NCBI GenBank assembly: GCA_002269645.1
Contig: NIVC01000386.1
Coordinates: 186,001-250,000 of the forward strand
Direction: 5' to 3'
DNA length: 64,000 bases
Source: Macrostomum lignano
Taxonomy: Eukaryota
A program made the translations under genes and the position numbers. Under the pieces are notes generated by a model that was not told the origin of the DNA, searched no databases, and saw nothing but the letters and a program-made list of their open reading frames with translations. Shown piece after piece: positions 1 to 13,085 of the stretch (positions are counted from its first letter, which is position 1; each line of letters opens with the position of its first letter).

Positions 1-485
1 TGGGTTGATTAGATCTACTGGGTTGATTAGATCTACTGGGTTGATTAGATCTACTGGGTTGATTAGATCTACTGGGTTTAGATCTACTGGGTGATTGGAT
101 CTACTGGGTGTTGATTAGATCTACTGGGTTTAGATCTACTGGGTGATTGGATCTACTGGGTGTTGATTAAATCCACTGGGTTGATTAGATCTACTGGGTG
201 ATTGGATCTACTGGGTTGATTAGATCTACTGGGTTGATTAGATCTACTGGGTTTAGATCTACTGGGTGATTGGATCTACTGGGTGTTGATTAGATCTACT
301 GGGTTGATTATATCTACTGGGTTGATTAGATCTACTGGGTTGATTAGATCTACTGGGTTTAGATCTACTGGGTTTAGATCTACTGGGTGATTGGATCTAC
401 TGGGGTGATTAGATCTACTGGGTTTAGATCCACTGGCTGATTAGATCTACCGGGGGTTTTGATTAGATCTACTGGGGTTGATTAG
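1..485. repeat. ~18-bp minisatellite (TGGGTTGATTAGATCTAC), truncated by the window start
   Basis: Directly visible tandem copies with small indel variants. Confidence 0.95.
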
Positions 486-872
486 ACCGACTGTAATTAC
501 CTTTGTGGTGGCTGGTTTAACTTAGCAAAAGTTACCCGGTTCCAGTTCATTTTATTGGGCATTTAATTAATCAACGACAGCAGTTAATGGAGGTGCGAAC
601 AGTTTCTGTCCCAGCGCAGCCTTGTGCCCTGGTTTCTGACTGTCTCAGCTCTCAGTCTAGTTTATAGCTCAGAGCAAGCGGTTTATGCGGGCTAATTTAC
701 AGGCAGAGCGATCGAGCGAGACTTTTGCAAATTTAAGCAATAGAAAAAATAAATGAGTGCCAGTGTATGCTTATTCCATGCCTTAAACATTCAGTGCAAA
801 GCAGTTAAACTCGACAGCTTTGAAGCTTGTGGCGCTTCGGCTCCAAACTTCCAGTCAGAAAATTCACCCAGC

Positions 873-1304
873 TCAAACACAGCCGTCTTCGAGATTTGCC
901 GCTGCTTGATGAAGCTGATCAGCTGCTCCGGCGGCGGCTGCTGTGGAAGTCGCTGAAGCTGCCGTCGTTGCCGCAGCCTCGACTTCAGGCGGCTCTTCCA
1001 TGGTGGCCAGCTCGGCCTGCAGAATGGCGCGGGCCCGCTTGAAGCTGCCGGCCTGGCGGAGCAGGCTGGCGCCCTCCGCCGCCTCCTCCGGCGGCTCCTC
1101 GGCGGCGTCCTTCGGCAGCAGCGAGCGCGGCAGCTCTGCGTCGGTCTCCAGCGGCACGGAGGTCTGGCTGAGCACCACCCGGTTGGCGGCCGAGTCCGTG
1201 GAGATGAGCTCGGCCGAGTTGCAGAATGACACTTTGCGGCGGCAGTGCGAGGCCGCCTGCTGCTGCTCTTGCCGCTCCTGCCGGCTACCGTTTCTCATGC
1301 TCAT
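873..1304 (-). CDS. Small Ala/Glu-rich protein of unknown function (143 aa) with an RVxF-like motif (RRKVSF)
   Basis: GC-rich ORF in AT-richer flanks. Minus-strand AATAAA at ~551-556. Candidate 5'UTR intron 1383-1526 (AG|GTAAG donor, ...GAGACAG acceptor). No family recognised. Confidence 0.55.
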   Translation of the reverse strand: MSMRNGSRQERQEQQQAASHCRRKVSFCNSAELISTDSAANRVVLSQTSVPLETDAELPRSLLPKDAAEEPPEEAAEGASLLRQAGSFKRARAILQAELATMEEPPEVEAAATTAASATSTAAAAGAADQLHQAAANLEDGCV

Positions 1305-4300
1305 GCTGCTGCTGCTGCTGCTGCTGGGGTTTCTCCTCTGCGGCGATTTCGCTCTGTCGAGTAGAATTGCTTTGGGCCGTGCCTGTCTCTGCTAATATCG
1401 ACCAGCTCAGCCCGTGTGCCCAACATTTCGGCCGTGCACGGCTCATGTACGGAAGCCTCACCGGTTCATTATTGGTTCGAGCGAAGGCTGACCAATGTCG
1501 ATTGGAGCACTTTGGGTTTTTCTTACCTTATGCTTATAGTATTTGCTGGCTATTCCAGGGCATAATCTATATGCTATAGAGCCGGCTGCAGTTGGGTGTG
1601 ACCGTGCAGGAAACCGATTGAGCTGAATCCTCTAGATCTGCGAATGAACTTGGATTAATTTTACTCACTGTCGTCAGTGCACCATCGTCGACTCGATCGG
1701 AGAGGAAGTGAGAGTGATCGAGTGTAGTGTATGCGGCTCATTGTGTGAAATCCGGATTGGCCGCGTGCCGTGGTCAGCTCTAATACATATGTATATCTTA
1801 ATGTTCGTACATGCACACTGCATAATTCTTTATTACATTGATAGAATTCCACTTCTCCATATACATACACATCAAGAATCCGACTATACATGGCTCCCAT
1901 GCGATGACGTTGCGAGGGTACAATAACAGATGCATTAACTTATCTTCAGAAGTTCAGAACCGACGATCTTAACCGACGTAGAGGCGACAAACTACACTTA
2001 GCATGTGAATGGTCGTGCGGTTTCATAGGCCAGTTATGCCCACATATATTGACAGCTAGGACATCGATTTCAACTTCAATATAAACTTTTTTCCTGAAAC
2101 AGCATGAATGTATGTATTGACATTAAGAGCTTGAATACGCGTAGTATCAAAGCATGAAATGCTATTCAGAATTTTAATGGACATTATATTGACCCAAGAA
2201 GGCAAATAATTATGTTTATGTACATGTATAGCACGAAGAACATATTACATTTACAGGTTTTATTTATAATATAATATCATGCTTCGTAGATCAAACTTGT
2301 CTAAATCTTGTTATTAAAATATATTTCCTGCGATAAAAAATAAAAGGGTATAAAGTACCTCACGAAATCTTCCTAAAATTTAAAGAAAATTAAATCATAT
2401 TATATTTTAAAATTTTAAAAATCAATTATTATAATCAGAAAATATCTGAATTGAAAAAAATTGGGCAATAAGAGATCATTTTTTGTTTATTTTATGAATA
2501 GCACCAAAAATTTCAATTCTGTTAAAATTAGATTTTTAGAGTAGAAACAAAAAGTAGGACGACGACCGACGCTCCTCCTTCTCATACATCAAAGGCACGC
2601 TAGCACAATTAGAAGCATCGGGCGATATCTTTGAAATACTACTAAATAAAGTGCTTTTTTCAATATTTGAACATGTCATCTCTACTGCATCTTCAAACGA
2701 CAGGCCCACTTTTGTAAGTGTACCCTTTTTAGCATAATAGGCCTAGTTGGGCTGGGCCTACCCTGCCATTGACAATTGTCATTGGTATTACATCTTACAT
2801 GTTATTAAAAATTTTTGGAAGATCAAACAAATATTTTGTGAAACCTGAATAGGTTTTGATTGCTTTTCTTTTATAGCTTTGCATTTTTATACATATTTTT
2901 AGTCTATTTTTTGCAAGCTAAGCTAGCCTATTGTCAATTGCAGTTTTTATTAATCTTTTTATCTTTTACCAACTTTTACCATTTACCATAACTAATTTCT
3001 ATGCCCATAATATGTCTTTTTAGCTTTTTAATTCTTTATTTATAAAAGTAAAAAGTGCACTCTATTTAATATTTTACCCACAATACCTAAATTAAAATTG
3101 TTAAAACCTTTTGCTTTGGGGCTTTGCAGCAATGCCTAAAAAGTTGGTCTTATGGCTTAAATGCATGGGGTCCACAAAAAACTTTTTTTGCATTTTTACC
3201 AATACTTTTTATGGTGACTTGACATTTTGTAGGCATGCACTAAAATGTATTTAGAAGTGAATGTAAAAGTCAATGCAAAATGTTTGCTTAAATACAGAAG
3301 ATCCCATTGGAGCAAATAGGGATTTTTGCAGATAGTGTCTGGCACACTTGTGAAAAATTGCCTACATAGCTGCGTAGAAAAAAATTATGTCTGTAACATT
3401 AGTGTAAGTATAATAATATTTAACAAGCAGTACACCCTTGTGCTCCTGCACTAGCACCTTTTGTCCATAGTCCGGATCATGCTGGGTGCACACCCAAACA
3501 AAAATTGAATAATTACAAATGCACGCCGAAAAAAATTAGTGTGCGCCCATTCTCAAAAATACGTCAGTGTTGCGACAATAAATGACCTTTTTTACGTTGT
3601 GACAATAAAAGACCTTTTTTAAATTTCGTAATAGACCCTTATTATTAGATAATTTTTGTTGCTTTTAAGGCTTTTTGGGCGATACTATTTATAGCGGAAA
3701 GTTTATACATGCAAGGATTTGTTTAAATACTCCCTTACAAGCTGGAAAAAACTGGAAAGCTTGAAATTTGTGCCTAAAAATGAACTTTTTTCATCTTTTT
3801 CTACTTTAGAATAACTCTTACGCATTATTCTATAAAGTGCATGCCAGGTGTGCACGCATACTTTTTTCTCAAGAGTGATGCACGCCAACTGTGCACGCCT
3901 AATTTTTGCATGCAAGGCCAATGCACGCCCAAATTTTTGGGCATATACTACATGATCCAGAGTGTGGCCTTTTGTCTTGTATGCTTTATAAATTTATGTT
4001 TTATAATATATTTACATATATAATTTTGCCACCTGATTAGAATGATTGCATGTTTGCACTCTTTTTCTTAAAACCAATAGTGCATCTGCACCCCTAGCAA
4101 GAATGTCCATAACTTTTTAAAATTCATTTCAATAAACCCCCTAAGGGGCCTAAATTATACTTATAGAAGCAAATGCAGATATTAATAATCTAAATTGTGC
4201 AAGTGGCTATCAGACAAGCTCATAAGCAATGATTTATGACCCTAAAATAGCAAAAACATATCTATGTTATCATGACTATAAGTATAGCAAAATCATATAG

Positions 4301-4984
4301 CTATTACTTTGATAATTGTAGCTTTTAAAAAATTAAGCCTGTTTATTTACTGTATTGCATATATTTATAGTTTGTAAATTTAAAACTCAACTTAGCTAAT
4401 AGTTGTATTATATATACAAAGTGCAATAAATGGTTTGTCTACCTACCAAAACCTACCAAACCTACCTACCAAAATAGTTTTTTGGTAGATAGATAGGTAT
4501 ATGTGCAATTGTAGGGATCTTATAATATTTTTTTAAGTTCCTAGATTTTACTTTGAAGTCCTACTAATAATAGATCAATACCTAATAAAACAATATTTTA
4601 TTGTTAATCCTCTTTTTTATCTTTTTAATTTTATCTTTTTTTATTTTGACTTCCTTTATTCTAAAAAATGTGATGTTTATATACATGTGATAGATTAGAA
4701 AGAATTTTCTCAATTTTTTTAAAAAACAAGACAAGACTCTACTAAAGCTTAGATTAATCTCAATGAATTGTTTGCCGAAATTGCCAGCTTTAGATAAAAC
4801 TGTCACTGCAAAGGTATTTTATACTATTATTGACTTTTGCCAAAGTGGGGTTGAAACCTTTATTATAGACTTTAATGAGGGACTCGTGACTTGCCAATAT
4901 GTAGATAAAAGGCAAATTTTAGTAAAAAGTAAGTTTCTTGCCCCTATTAGAAAAAAAGCTTCTAAATGGTAGATAGCCATCTGG

Positions 4985-5715
4985 TATGAGGGGCACTAGA
5001 TAAGTTTCTAGCTATGGTCAATTATAAAGATGAAACTTTCAGAGCTTTTCAAAGTACTCTTCATCAGCTTAGATGCACCGCCTCATCCGCTCAAACCAAG
5101 TTTCAAAGCAGTGGCGCCACTCTAAGTGGGATACCCCTCAATGGCCAATCTATAGGCATCAACAGCCTCTTTGGCAGAGGAAAATTGGCAGCCTCGCATG
5201 GAAGTCTTGATGAATGGAAACAAAAAAGTCACACGGTGCTAGGTCAGGTGAATATGGTGGATGATTGAGCTGTTGGAAGCCCACCGTCTGTAGAAACTCT
5301 TGAGTTCGATTCGCCGTGTGTGCACTGGCATTGTCCTGGTGCAGCCAGAGACCTTGAATGCTGCACTTTGGCTGCACCTCTTTAAGGCTGCTGATGACAC
5401 ACGTGGCAACCAGACGGTGTAGTACCAATCTGTAGTCACTGTGCGCTGGCTCTCGAGTGCTATAGTTGCAATGTGGCCAGTCTTTCAGAAGAAAGTTGAC
5501 ACCATTTGCTTGCTAGTGCTCTGACCCCTGACAACCTTGGTTGGTAGGGCTTCATCTTCAAAAGCCCACACACGCGACTGGCATTTCCGCTTGGGTTCGT
5601 AGCAATACACCCACATTTCGTCACATGTGACTATGTCTGTGACAGACTTCGATGTCCCTCCACCAAACCTGTCTAGCATTTCCTGGCACTAGCTCATGCG
5701 GGCCTGCTTCTGCTC
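4985..5715 (-). mobile_element. Mariner-family (Tc1/mariner) transposase remnant
   Basis: Frameshifted fragments IVTCDEMWVYCYEP (first catalytic D; WVPHEL/DETW-type region), HQDNASAH and HPPYSPDLAPCDFF. TA+TGAGGGGCAC mariner-like terminus at ~4985. Confidence 0.9.
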
Positions 5716-6694
5716 AGCAGACTGACCCTTTGAAACATTTTTGCTAGACCCTTGATACATGTTTGCACATTTTTATAATTTATTCTAAGAGGGTTTTTTG
5801 CAAACTATGCATAACTTTGCAATGCAATTATATATAATAAAAGCAAATTATATACAAAAAATATATACTTGAAATTTTAAGAAAATTCTCATTGTTTTTT
5901 ATCAGGTTAGCTTCGTTGCTCCCCAGTTAGGAAACAACTTTAAATATGCAAAATCATGTTTACTAAATTAAGAATGAATTAAAGGCATAGGCTATATTAA
6001 AGATGGCAAAATTTTTTTATATAGTCTTCTTGTGTATTTTTTCTAAAAACAAACTTTAAAAATCTTTGTTAATTTTTTGGGGTATTTTGGCTGTATTGTA
6101 TTTTTTGTATCAATGAATAAAAGATAAAAATGCTAAGAATAATGTATTGGATATAGAAATCAGTTTATGAGTTTTATAAATAAAAAAAGTTTTTTTGACA
6201 AAATGGTCATAGTGCTTAATAAGCAAATCCATTGCAAAAATGTTGAAAATTTAAGATATGAAAATTGTTATAACTTTCAAAATCTCTCTGGAGTCCTTAC
6301 CTTAAACTTCCTTTTCCATTTGTAGTAGACATAATTTTGCATGTTATAAGTTGTTTACAAACTTGGGGCAAATAATGCAACCTATTAAAAAAGTACACAG
6401 GTCAACAATTTTTTTTCATAAGGTACAGGTTGTTTTAGCTGATTCATAATAGTTTTGGTATACTAAATTCAAATATAACCTTGTGTAGTTTAGCAAAAGA
6501 CAGACAATATTTTTTAAATAGTCAGCCAATGAGGGAGTGTCTAGAGCCTTGCAGAGCATGTCATCTATGAGCCATTGGTCAATCGCAATAAGATATTGTT
6601 CCCACCACTGCATATCAAACTGGGCCTTATCAAGCAATCCACAAAGGTGCTCAACAAGCAGGGATAGTGCTTTGAGTATGTTGTGTATTTCTAT

Positions 6695-6885
6695 TACTCA
6701 TTGAGAAGAAACTGAAGGCCAGCATATTTTGGTGGCTCCCAAGTCCAGCAACTAATGAGAGATGCTGATGACTAATCCAGAAAGAGCTGCATGATGCACT
6801 TTAAAAGAAGTTTTGAACAAAATTTTAGGCAACATGAGAGCTCAGAACTATCAGGGATTGGTAAACAATCTGATGGTTGCTTCTG
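6695..6885 (+). mobile_element. Degenerate CMC/Chapaev-3-like transposase fragment
   Basis: Broken frames read KLKASIF / GSQVQQLMRD / ERAA*..LKEVLNKILGN.RAQNYQGLVNNL. These resemble the GIFxGPQIRxLMRD...FLGNxxAxNYxxLV block I recall from Chapaev-type transposases. Confidence 0.55.
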
Positions 6886-7330
6886 ACTGGTCAACATGAT
6901 TTCAATTTGACATCAAGCTGACCAGTAAATGTAAAATAATTTCACTAAAAATCTAATTTGTGTAAAAACTTGACCTGGTGATTTAATCTTTTTTGCTGTA
7001 GACCTGTGGTATGAAAAGTGAGAATTTTGTAAAAATTTCAAGCATATTTAATACAAAAGATAATTTAACAAAATCGAAGAGAGCAGCTTTGCATTTTATA
7101 ATGACTTTTAATGCTAGAATTGACCATCATTTATCAATTTTAAAAATACAGTAGGCACCTATTTTTGTCACAGTTTCAAGTTCTTTCTCTAAAAAAGATT
7201 ATTTTTGGAATATAATCGTGGAAAATAAAAGTTGTGAATGCATATGTATATATTTGCGACGCTTACTTACCTGATGTAAATTAATTGTGTGATGCTAATT
7301 CCTTGAACTAATTACCCATGCTTCTCACAG

Positions 7331-10300
7331 AGCCCAGGCTCGCGGTCTGGCCACGCTGAAAGACATTTCCATCCGTTTGAAGTCGGTGAAGAACATTCAG
7401 AAGATCACAAAGTCCATGAAGCTCATCTCCGCCACCAAGTTCAACAGGGCTGAGAAGGTATTTTTACTAATACTATTACTATTTATCCGATCTTGTGATG
7501 TCTACTCTACTCACAGTAGCACCTGATGATTTTTATACGCTTTTTTTAATTTTCAAGGAGCTCCGAGCGGCCCGCGCCTACGGCCTTGGCACGAAGGAAT
7601 TTTTCGACAAAGCGGACATCCCCAAGCCGGAGCAGCCGAAGGGCCACCTCCTGCTCGGCATCACCTCCGACCGCGGCCTGTGCGGCGCCGCCAACAGCAG
7701 CATCTCCAAGGCCATCAAGGTCTATCTGGAAGGCGAGGGCAAAGGCAAGGAAGTGAAGGTTGTTGCCATTGGCGACAAGGCGCGCGCCCAGCTGAAGCGC
7801 CTGTACGGGAGCTACATCCTCATGCACTTCAAGGACATCGGCAAGAAGCCGCCTAGCTTCGCCGATGCCAGCTACATCGCCCAGGAGATCGCGAACAGCG
7901 GCTTCCAGTTCGACACCGCCGACATTTTCTACAACTCGTTTAAGAGCGTCGTGTCTTACAAGACCTCCGTGCAGCCGCTCTACTCGCAGGATCTCGTCAG
8001 CCAGGTGCGGCAAACCTGCTGGCCACCGAGCCTATCTGAAGCCCGACAATCCCGGCTTTCATTGGCCTTTCACCCTGGTAGAATCGCCTCCTCCCTGGTA
8101 GAATCGCCTCCTCCCTGGTAGAATCGCCTTTTCCCTGGTAGAATCGCCTCCTCCCTGGTAGAATCGCCTTTTCCCTGGTAGAATCGCCTTTTCCCTGGTA
8201 GAATCGCCTTATCCCTGGTAGAATCGCCTTCTCCCCGGTAGAATTGCCTTTTCCCTGGTAGAATCGCCTTCTCCCTGGTAGAATCGCCTCCTCCCTGGTA
8301 GAATCGCCTTATCCCTGGTAGAATCGCCTTCTCCCCGGTAGAATTGCCTTTTCCCTGGTAGAATCGCCTTCTCCCTGGTAGAATCGCCTCCTCCCTGGTA
8401 GAATCGCCTTTTCCCTGGTAGAATCGCCTCCTCCCTGGTAGAATCGCCTTTTCCCTGGTAGAATCGCCTTTTCCCTGGTAGAATCGCCTTATCCCTGGTA
8501 GAATCGCCTTCTCCCCGGTAGAATTGCCTTTTCCCTGGTAGAATCGCCTTCTCCCTGGTAGAATCGCCTCCTCCCTGGTAGAATCGCCTTATCCCTGGTA
8601 GAATCGCCTTCTCCCCGGTAGAATTGCCTTTTCCCTGGTAGAATCGCCTTCTCCCTGGTAGAATCGCCTCCTCCCTGGTAGAATCGCCTTTTCCCTGGTA
8701 AAATCGCCTTTTCCCTGGTAGAATCGCCTTCTCCCTGGTAGAATCGCCTTTTCCCTGGTAGAATCGCCTTCTCCCTGGTAGAATCGCCTTTTCCCTGGTA
8801 GAATCGCCTTCTCCCTGGTAGAATCGCCTTTTCCCTGGTAGAATCGCCTTTTCCCTGGTAGAATTGCCTTTTCCCTGGTAGAATCGCCTTTTCCCTGGTA
8901 GAATCGCCTTTTACCTGGTAGAATCGCCTTCTCCCTGGTAGAATCGCCTTGTCACTGGTAGAATCGCCTCCTCCCTGGTAGAATCGCCTCCTCCCTGGTA
9001 GAATCGCCTCCTCCCTGGTAGAATCGCCTTTTCCCTGGTAGAATCGCCTCCTCCCTGGTAGAATCGCCTTTTCCCTGGTAGAATCGCCTCCTCCCTGGTA
9101 GAATCGCCTCCTCCCTGGTAGAATCGCCTTTTCCCTGGTAGAATCGCCTTCTCCCTGGTAGAATCGCCTTTTCCCTGGTAGAATCGCCTTTTCCCTGGTA
9201 GAATCGCCTTTTACCTGGTAGAATCGCCTTCTCCCTGGTAGAATCGCCTTCTCCCTGGTAGAATCGCCTCCTCCCTGGTAGAATCGCCTTCTCCCTGGTA
9301 GAATCGCTTTCCACTCTTGTAAAATCACCTTCTCCCTAGTAGAATCGCCTTCTCCCTGATAGAATTGCCTTCTCCCTGTTAGAATAGCCTTTCAGTCTTG
9401 TAGAATCGCTTTCTCCCTTGTAGAATCGCATCCAACCTTGTATGTAATCATCCTGAATCGTGTTAATCACCCTCCATCCCGTAGAATCACCCTCTATCCA
9501 GTAGAATCGCCCTCCATTCCGTAGAATCGCCCTCCATCCTGTAAAATCTCCCTCTATCCCGTAGAATCTCCCTCTATCCCGTAGAATCGCTCCCATCCCG
9601 TAGAATCGCCCTCCATCCTGTAAAATCTCCCTCTATCCCGTAGAATCTCCCTCTATCCCGTAGAATCGCTCCCATCCCGTAGAATCGCCCTCCATCCTGT
9701 AAAATCTCCCTCTATCCCGTAGAATCTCCCTCTATCCCGTAGAATCGCCCTCCATCCCGTAAAATCTCCCTCTATCCCGTAGAATCGCCCTCCATCCTGT
9801 AAAATCTCCCTCTATCCCGTAGAATCTCCCTCTATCCCGTAGAATCGCTCCCATCCCGTAGAATCGCCCTCCATCCTGTAAAATCTCCCTCTATCCCGTA
9901 GAATCTCCCTCTATCCCGTAGAATCGCCCTCCATCCTGTAAAATCTCCCTCTATCCCGTAGAATCTCCCTCTATCCCGTAGAATCGCTCCCATCCCGTAG
10001 AATCGCCCTCCATCCTGTAAAATCTCCCTCTATCCCGTAGAATCTCCCTCTATCCCGTAGAATCGCTCCCATCCCGTAGAATCGCTCCCATCCCGTAGAA
10101 TCGCCCTCCATCCCGTAGAATCGCCCTCCTCCCGTAGAATCGCCCTCCATCCCGTAGCTGTAGCCTTCAACACTGCAGAGCTATCATTAATCTCATTACA
10201 ATTGCCTGCCCGCCATCCGAACTGCAGGCCTCGAAGCTCAGCCTGTACGACAGCGTTGATCCGGACACCCTGACGGCCTACAACGAGTTCGCCTTGGCTT

Positions 10301-10488
10301 CGCTGATCTTCTTCTGTCTGAAGGAGGGCGCCGCCAGCGAGCAGTCAGCCCGCATGACCGCCATGGACTCCGCCAGCAAGAACGCCGGCGAGATGATCAA
10401 CAAGCTGACGCTGACGTACAACCGGACGCGACAGGCCGTCATCACCAGGGAGCTGATAGAGATCATCTCCGGTGCCGCCGCTGTCTGA
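7331..10488 (+). CDS. ATP5F1C: Mitochondrial ATP synthase F1 subunit gamma. Exons 7331-7457, 7558-8004, 10228-10488; presequence exon 1 not located
   Basis: [33 protein letters not shown] and [46 protein letters not shown] are diagnostic. GT-AG junctions are phase-consistent. Confidence 0.97.
8077..9330. repeat. 20-bp minisatellite (CCCTGGTAGAATCGCCTTYT), ~60 copies, in the last ATP5F1C intron
   Basis: Directly visible tandem array. Confidence 0.97.
9331..10156. repeat. Derived 19-20-bp minisatellite (ATCCCGTAGAATCKCCCTCY) partly organised as ~79-bp higher-order units
   Basis: Gradual transition from the upstream array; a recurring cycle of four variants. Confidence 0.9.
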
Positions 10489-12596
10489 GCATTGGAGTTA
10501 GGATGGGGCCTTCTATTGAGAAATACTGAAACTATTACCAATAACACCATCTGTTTAGCTATTTTACAATTACTTATAGTAATTGAGTAGTTATTACGGT
10601 AGTATGCTACTGTCAGTAGACATAAACTTAGCGAGAGAGTTTCTTTCTGTCTCCAAATGCCCAGCCCATTCTGCTCTCTCTACCCTTTCTAAATCCATTT
10701 TATTATTGCGTCTCGTTGGATTTAAATAAGAATTAGTTGGCTAAACTAATTTAGCTAATATTACACATTTTGAAAAGACAGGTAGTGTTCAAAACATGAG
10801 CAGGAAATATAGTCTATTAAAAGATATTTGTCTTGGGGTTGAACTGTTTATTTACTTATTAATATTAAGACCTACAAATAAATGTCCTGAACGCCCATGG
10901 AGCTGTGCTTGCTTGTTTCCAACCAGATTTGGGAAGTAATACAACAAAAAAAAAAGCGTGTTTTTCGTTTTAATTTAATACAAATATCTACATGTACGAG
11001 TAGAAATTACCTTCCTTGTTAGCTGGTGTTGCGCAAACAATATTATTATTCCCAAAGACTCCACTAGTAACAAAATTTTAAGGCAAAGCCTTGAGCGTCT
11101 TTTTCTATATACATTGTGTACAATGTGGGCTGCACACATGCTCAGACTTCGTCACTGTAAGAGTACATTGGTTCCAATCAATGTGCATCCGACTCGTCAC
11201 CAGGAAAATAGATTCTATTTTACAGCTAAATTTAATATGGCTGGGGTGCCGCAAATGCTATATGGATGATGCCGTACTCGTAAAATGTCAGCCAGTAACA
11301 GTAACTGCTTCTACCATCACAGCAGCTGTACCGGAGACAATAAAAATAGGTTGGGTTGACCAGTGTGTAGTGTAGTGTAATTTGGCTCAGGCAAGCAGCC
11401 TGTTTAGCCAGTATGGGCTTTGTATTCATTTAATTTTTAGTTGCTAGAAATAATTGTTAAATTAGTCTAGGTAAATTACGAAGTATTGCCTTGATTACGA
11501 GATACGATACGAATGAAGTCAGATCGAAAAAAAGTATAAGAACAAGTTTTTAAATTACCGCGAGAGGGCGCAATGAAAGGTAACGAGGTTGTTAATAAAA
11601 ATTGGTTGTTCATAAGGACATTAACCACTATAATAATAAAAATAAACAAATATCGATATTTAATACTTAGTATGTCTCGAATTTTAGAAATGGTGTCAAA
11701 AACAATTAACAAAAATAACGCATTAGGTACACTTTTTAGGTAAGCATTTGTCTAGACAGAATCGATGCCGTATGTGCCTACGTTGTGCTACCGCATCGGG
11801 AGAGCGCATTGAGATGTCTATTGAAAGGCATAAAGCTGGAGATGAAAAGCGGAAATAATATTACACTGCTGATGTATCTGTTTCAGTTTGCATAACTGTT
11901 TTAGCTATTCATGACTTCATACATTTTAGCTACCCCAGTAGCTATTTTCAGACTCTTTCATTTGTAGCATAATCCTATTTTGTGTATTTTGTTGTCATCT
12001 AAGAGAGGTATTGACAGAAGTATTTTTTCCTGATCTCTTGAGTTTGTGGACATTCGGTCAAGTAGTGTAGGATATCGGAACCATTTCTCGCTCCACACAG
12101 TCTACATGCTTCTAGAGAAAATATGTTGTGTGCAATCTCATTTCAGTTTTAGGAGCCCGTACTGTTAGGAATTCGATCAGAACAAGTTTATTTTAAAAGG
12201 AAGCAGACCACGTCTAATGCTATACGTAGATGGTTTAGCATGTTAAAAATTATAATTTTTTTGTGGTAACTAAAGTGAGTTAGAACTATAAATACTAAAA
12301 TAGGACAATTGAACTTGCCACAAACATTATTTTTTGTTTTTTTAGGTACAAGTTGCAAGGCAAATTCAAATCTTATACGCAATATCTTGAAAATTTTTAG
12401 TAATAATAATACTGTGTATATTAAATTTAGAAATTGGTTGGCACCATCATTATCTATATAGAATGCACTGACCAGCTCTTACCAAGCAAGCCCTTGCTTG
12501 GTTCTATCAACCCCCTGATTTACACTGGCCATGCGACCTACTTTTTGACCAAAAATGCGACTTACCTATCAAAGAAAACCGCAAAGCAAAATAACT

Positions 12597-13085
12597 TTGG
12601 GTAAACGGCAAGAGGGCTGTCCTGTAGTTTCGCACGTTAAATTAATTTTTTTTGGAAAATAATAACTTTTAAGTCACTTTAAGCTTAGTAAGTGACAGAG
12701 TAGATAATAGGGAACAAATGTAACATATTATCGAGTTACGTCAGAGGCCGCCAGAGGTACTCCTGTAAGTGTGACTCAAACAGTCCATCGGATGTACCGT
12801 GCATCTGGCGGAATTTGGCCTTCACGTGAGCCCATGTGCCCTCGATGGTGTTAGTGTGGACAGTTTATATAACATCGTTTATATGCGTTTAAACAAAAGT
12901 AGCACTCGATAATATGTTATATTTGTTCCCTATTATCTACTCTGTCACTTACTAAGCTTAAAGTGACTTAAAAGTTATTATTTTCCAAAAAAATAATTTA
13001 ATGTGCGAAACTACAGGATAGCTGGCAAGAGTAACTATAACTGTCTTATTAAGGCTAAATGCCTCATCAGCTAATTAATTAGTCT
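12597..13085 (+). pseudogene. Short degenerate 28S rRNA-derived fragment (helix 69-71 region), split by a Merlin element
   Basis: Removing 12615-13031 gives GGGTAAACGGCAAGAGTAACTATAACTGTCTTATTAAGGCTAAATGCCTCATCAGCTAATTA. The conserved eukaryotic LSU sequence is GGGTAAACGGCGGGAGTAACTATGACTCTCTTAAGGTAGCCAAATGCCTCGTCATCTAATTA. Confidence 0.7.
12615..13023 (-). mobile_element. Non-autonomous Merlin (IS1595/IS1016-like) element with a residual transposase fragment
   Basis: ~120-bp TIRs; 8-bp TSD GGCAAGAG (12607-12614 and 13024-13031). Minus strand 12736-12861 reads VHTNTIEGTWAHVKAKFRQMHGTSDGLFESHLQEYLWR, matching the IS1595/Merlin NTIEGxW motif. Confidence 0.88.

Noticed and set aside
1-485. Telomere-like repeat at the window start
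   Set aside because: The unit is an 18-mer without TTAGGG periodicity; an ordinary minisatellite.
1445-1500. ATG TAC GGA... (MYGSLTGSLLVRAK) as ATP5F1C exon 1
   Set aside because: No phase-2 GT donor to match the 7331 acceptor.
7495-8121. Single-ORF model of ATP synthase gamma
   Set aside because: The ends run into introns; the spliced model restores the conserved N- and C-termini.
8489-9596. Long minus-strand ORFs (279 aa and others)
   Set aside because: Translations of the 20-bp intronic array that happen to lack stops.
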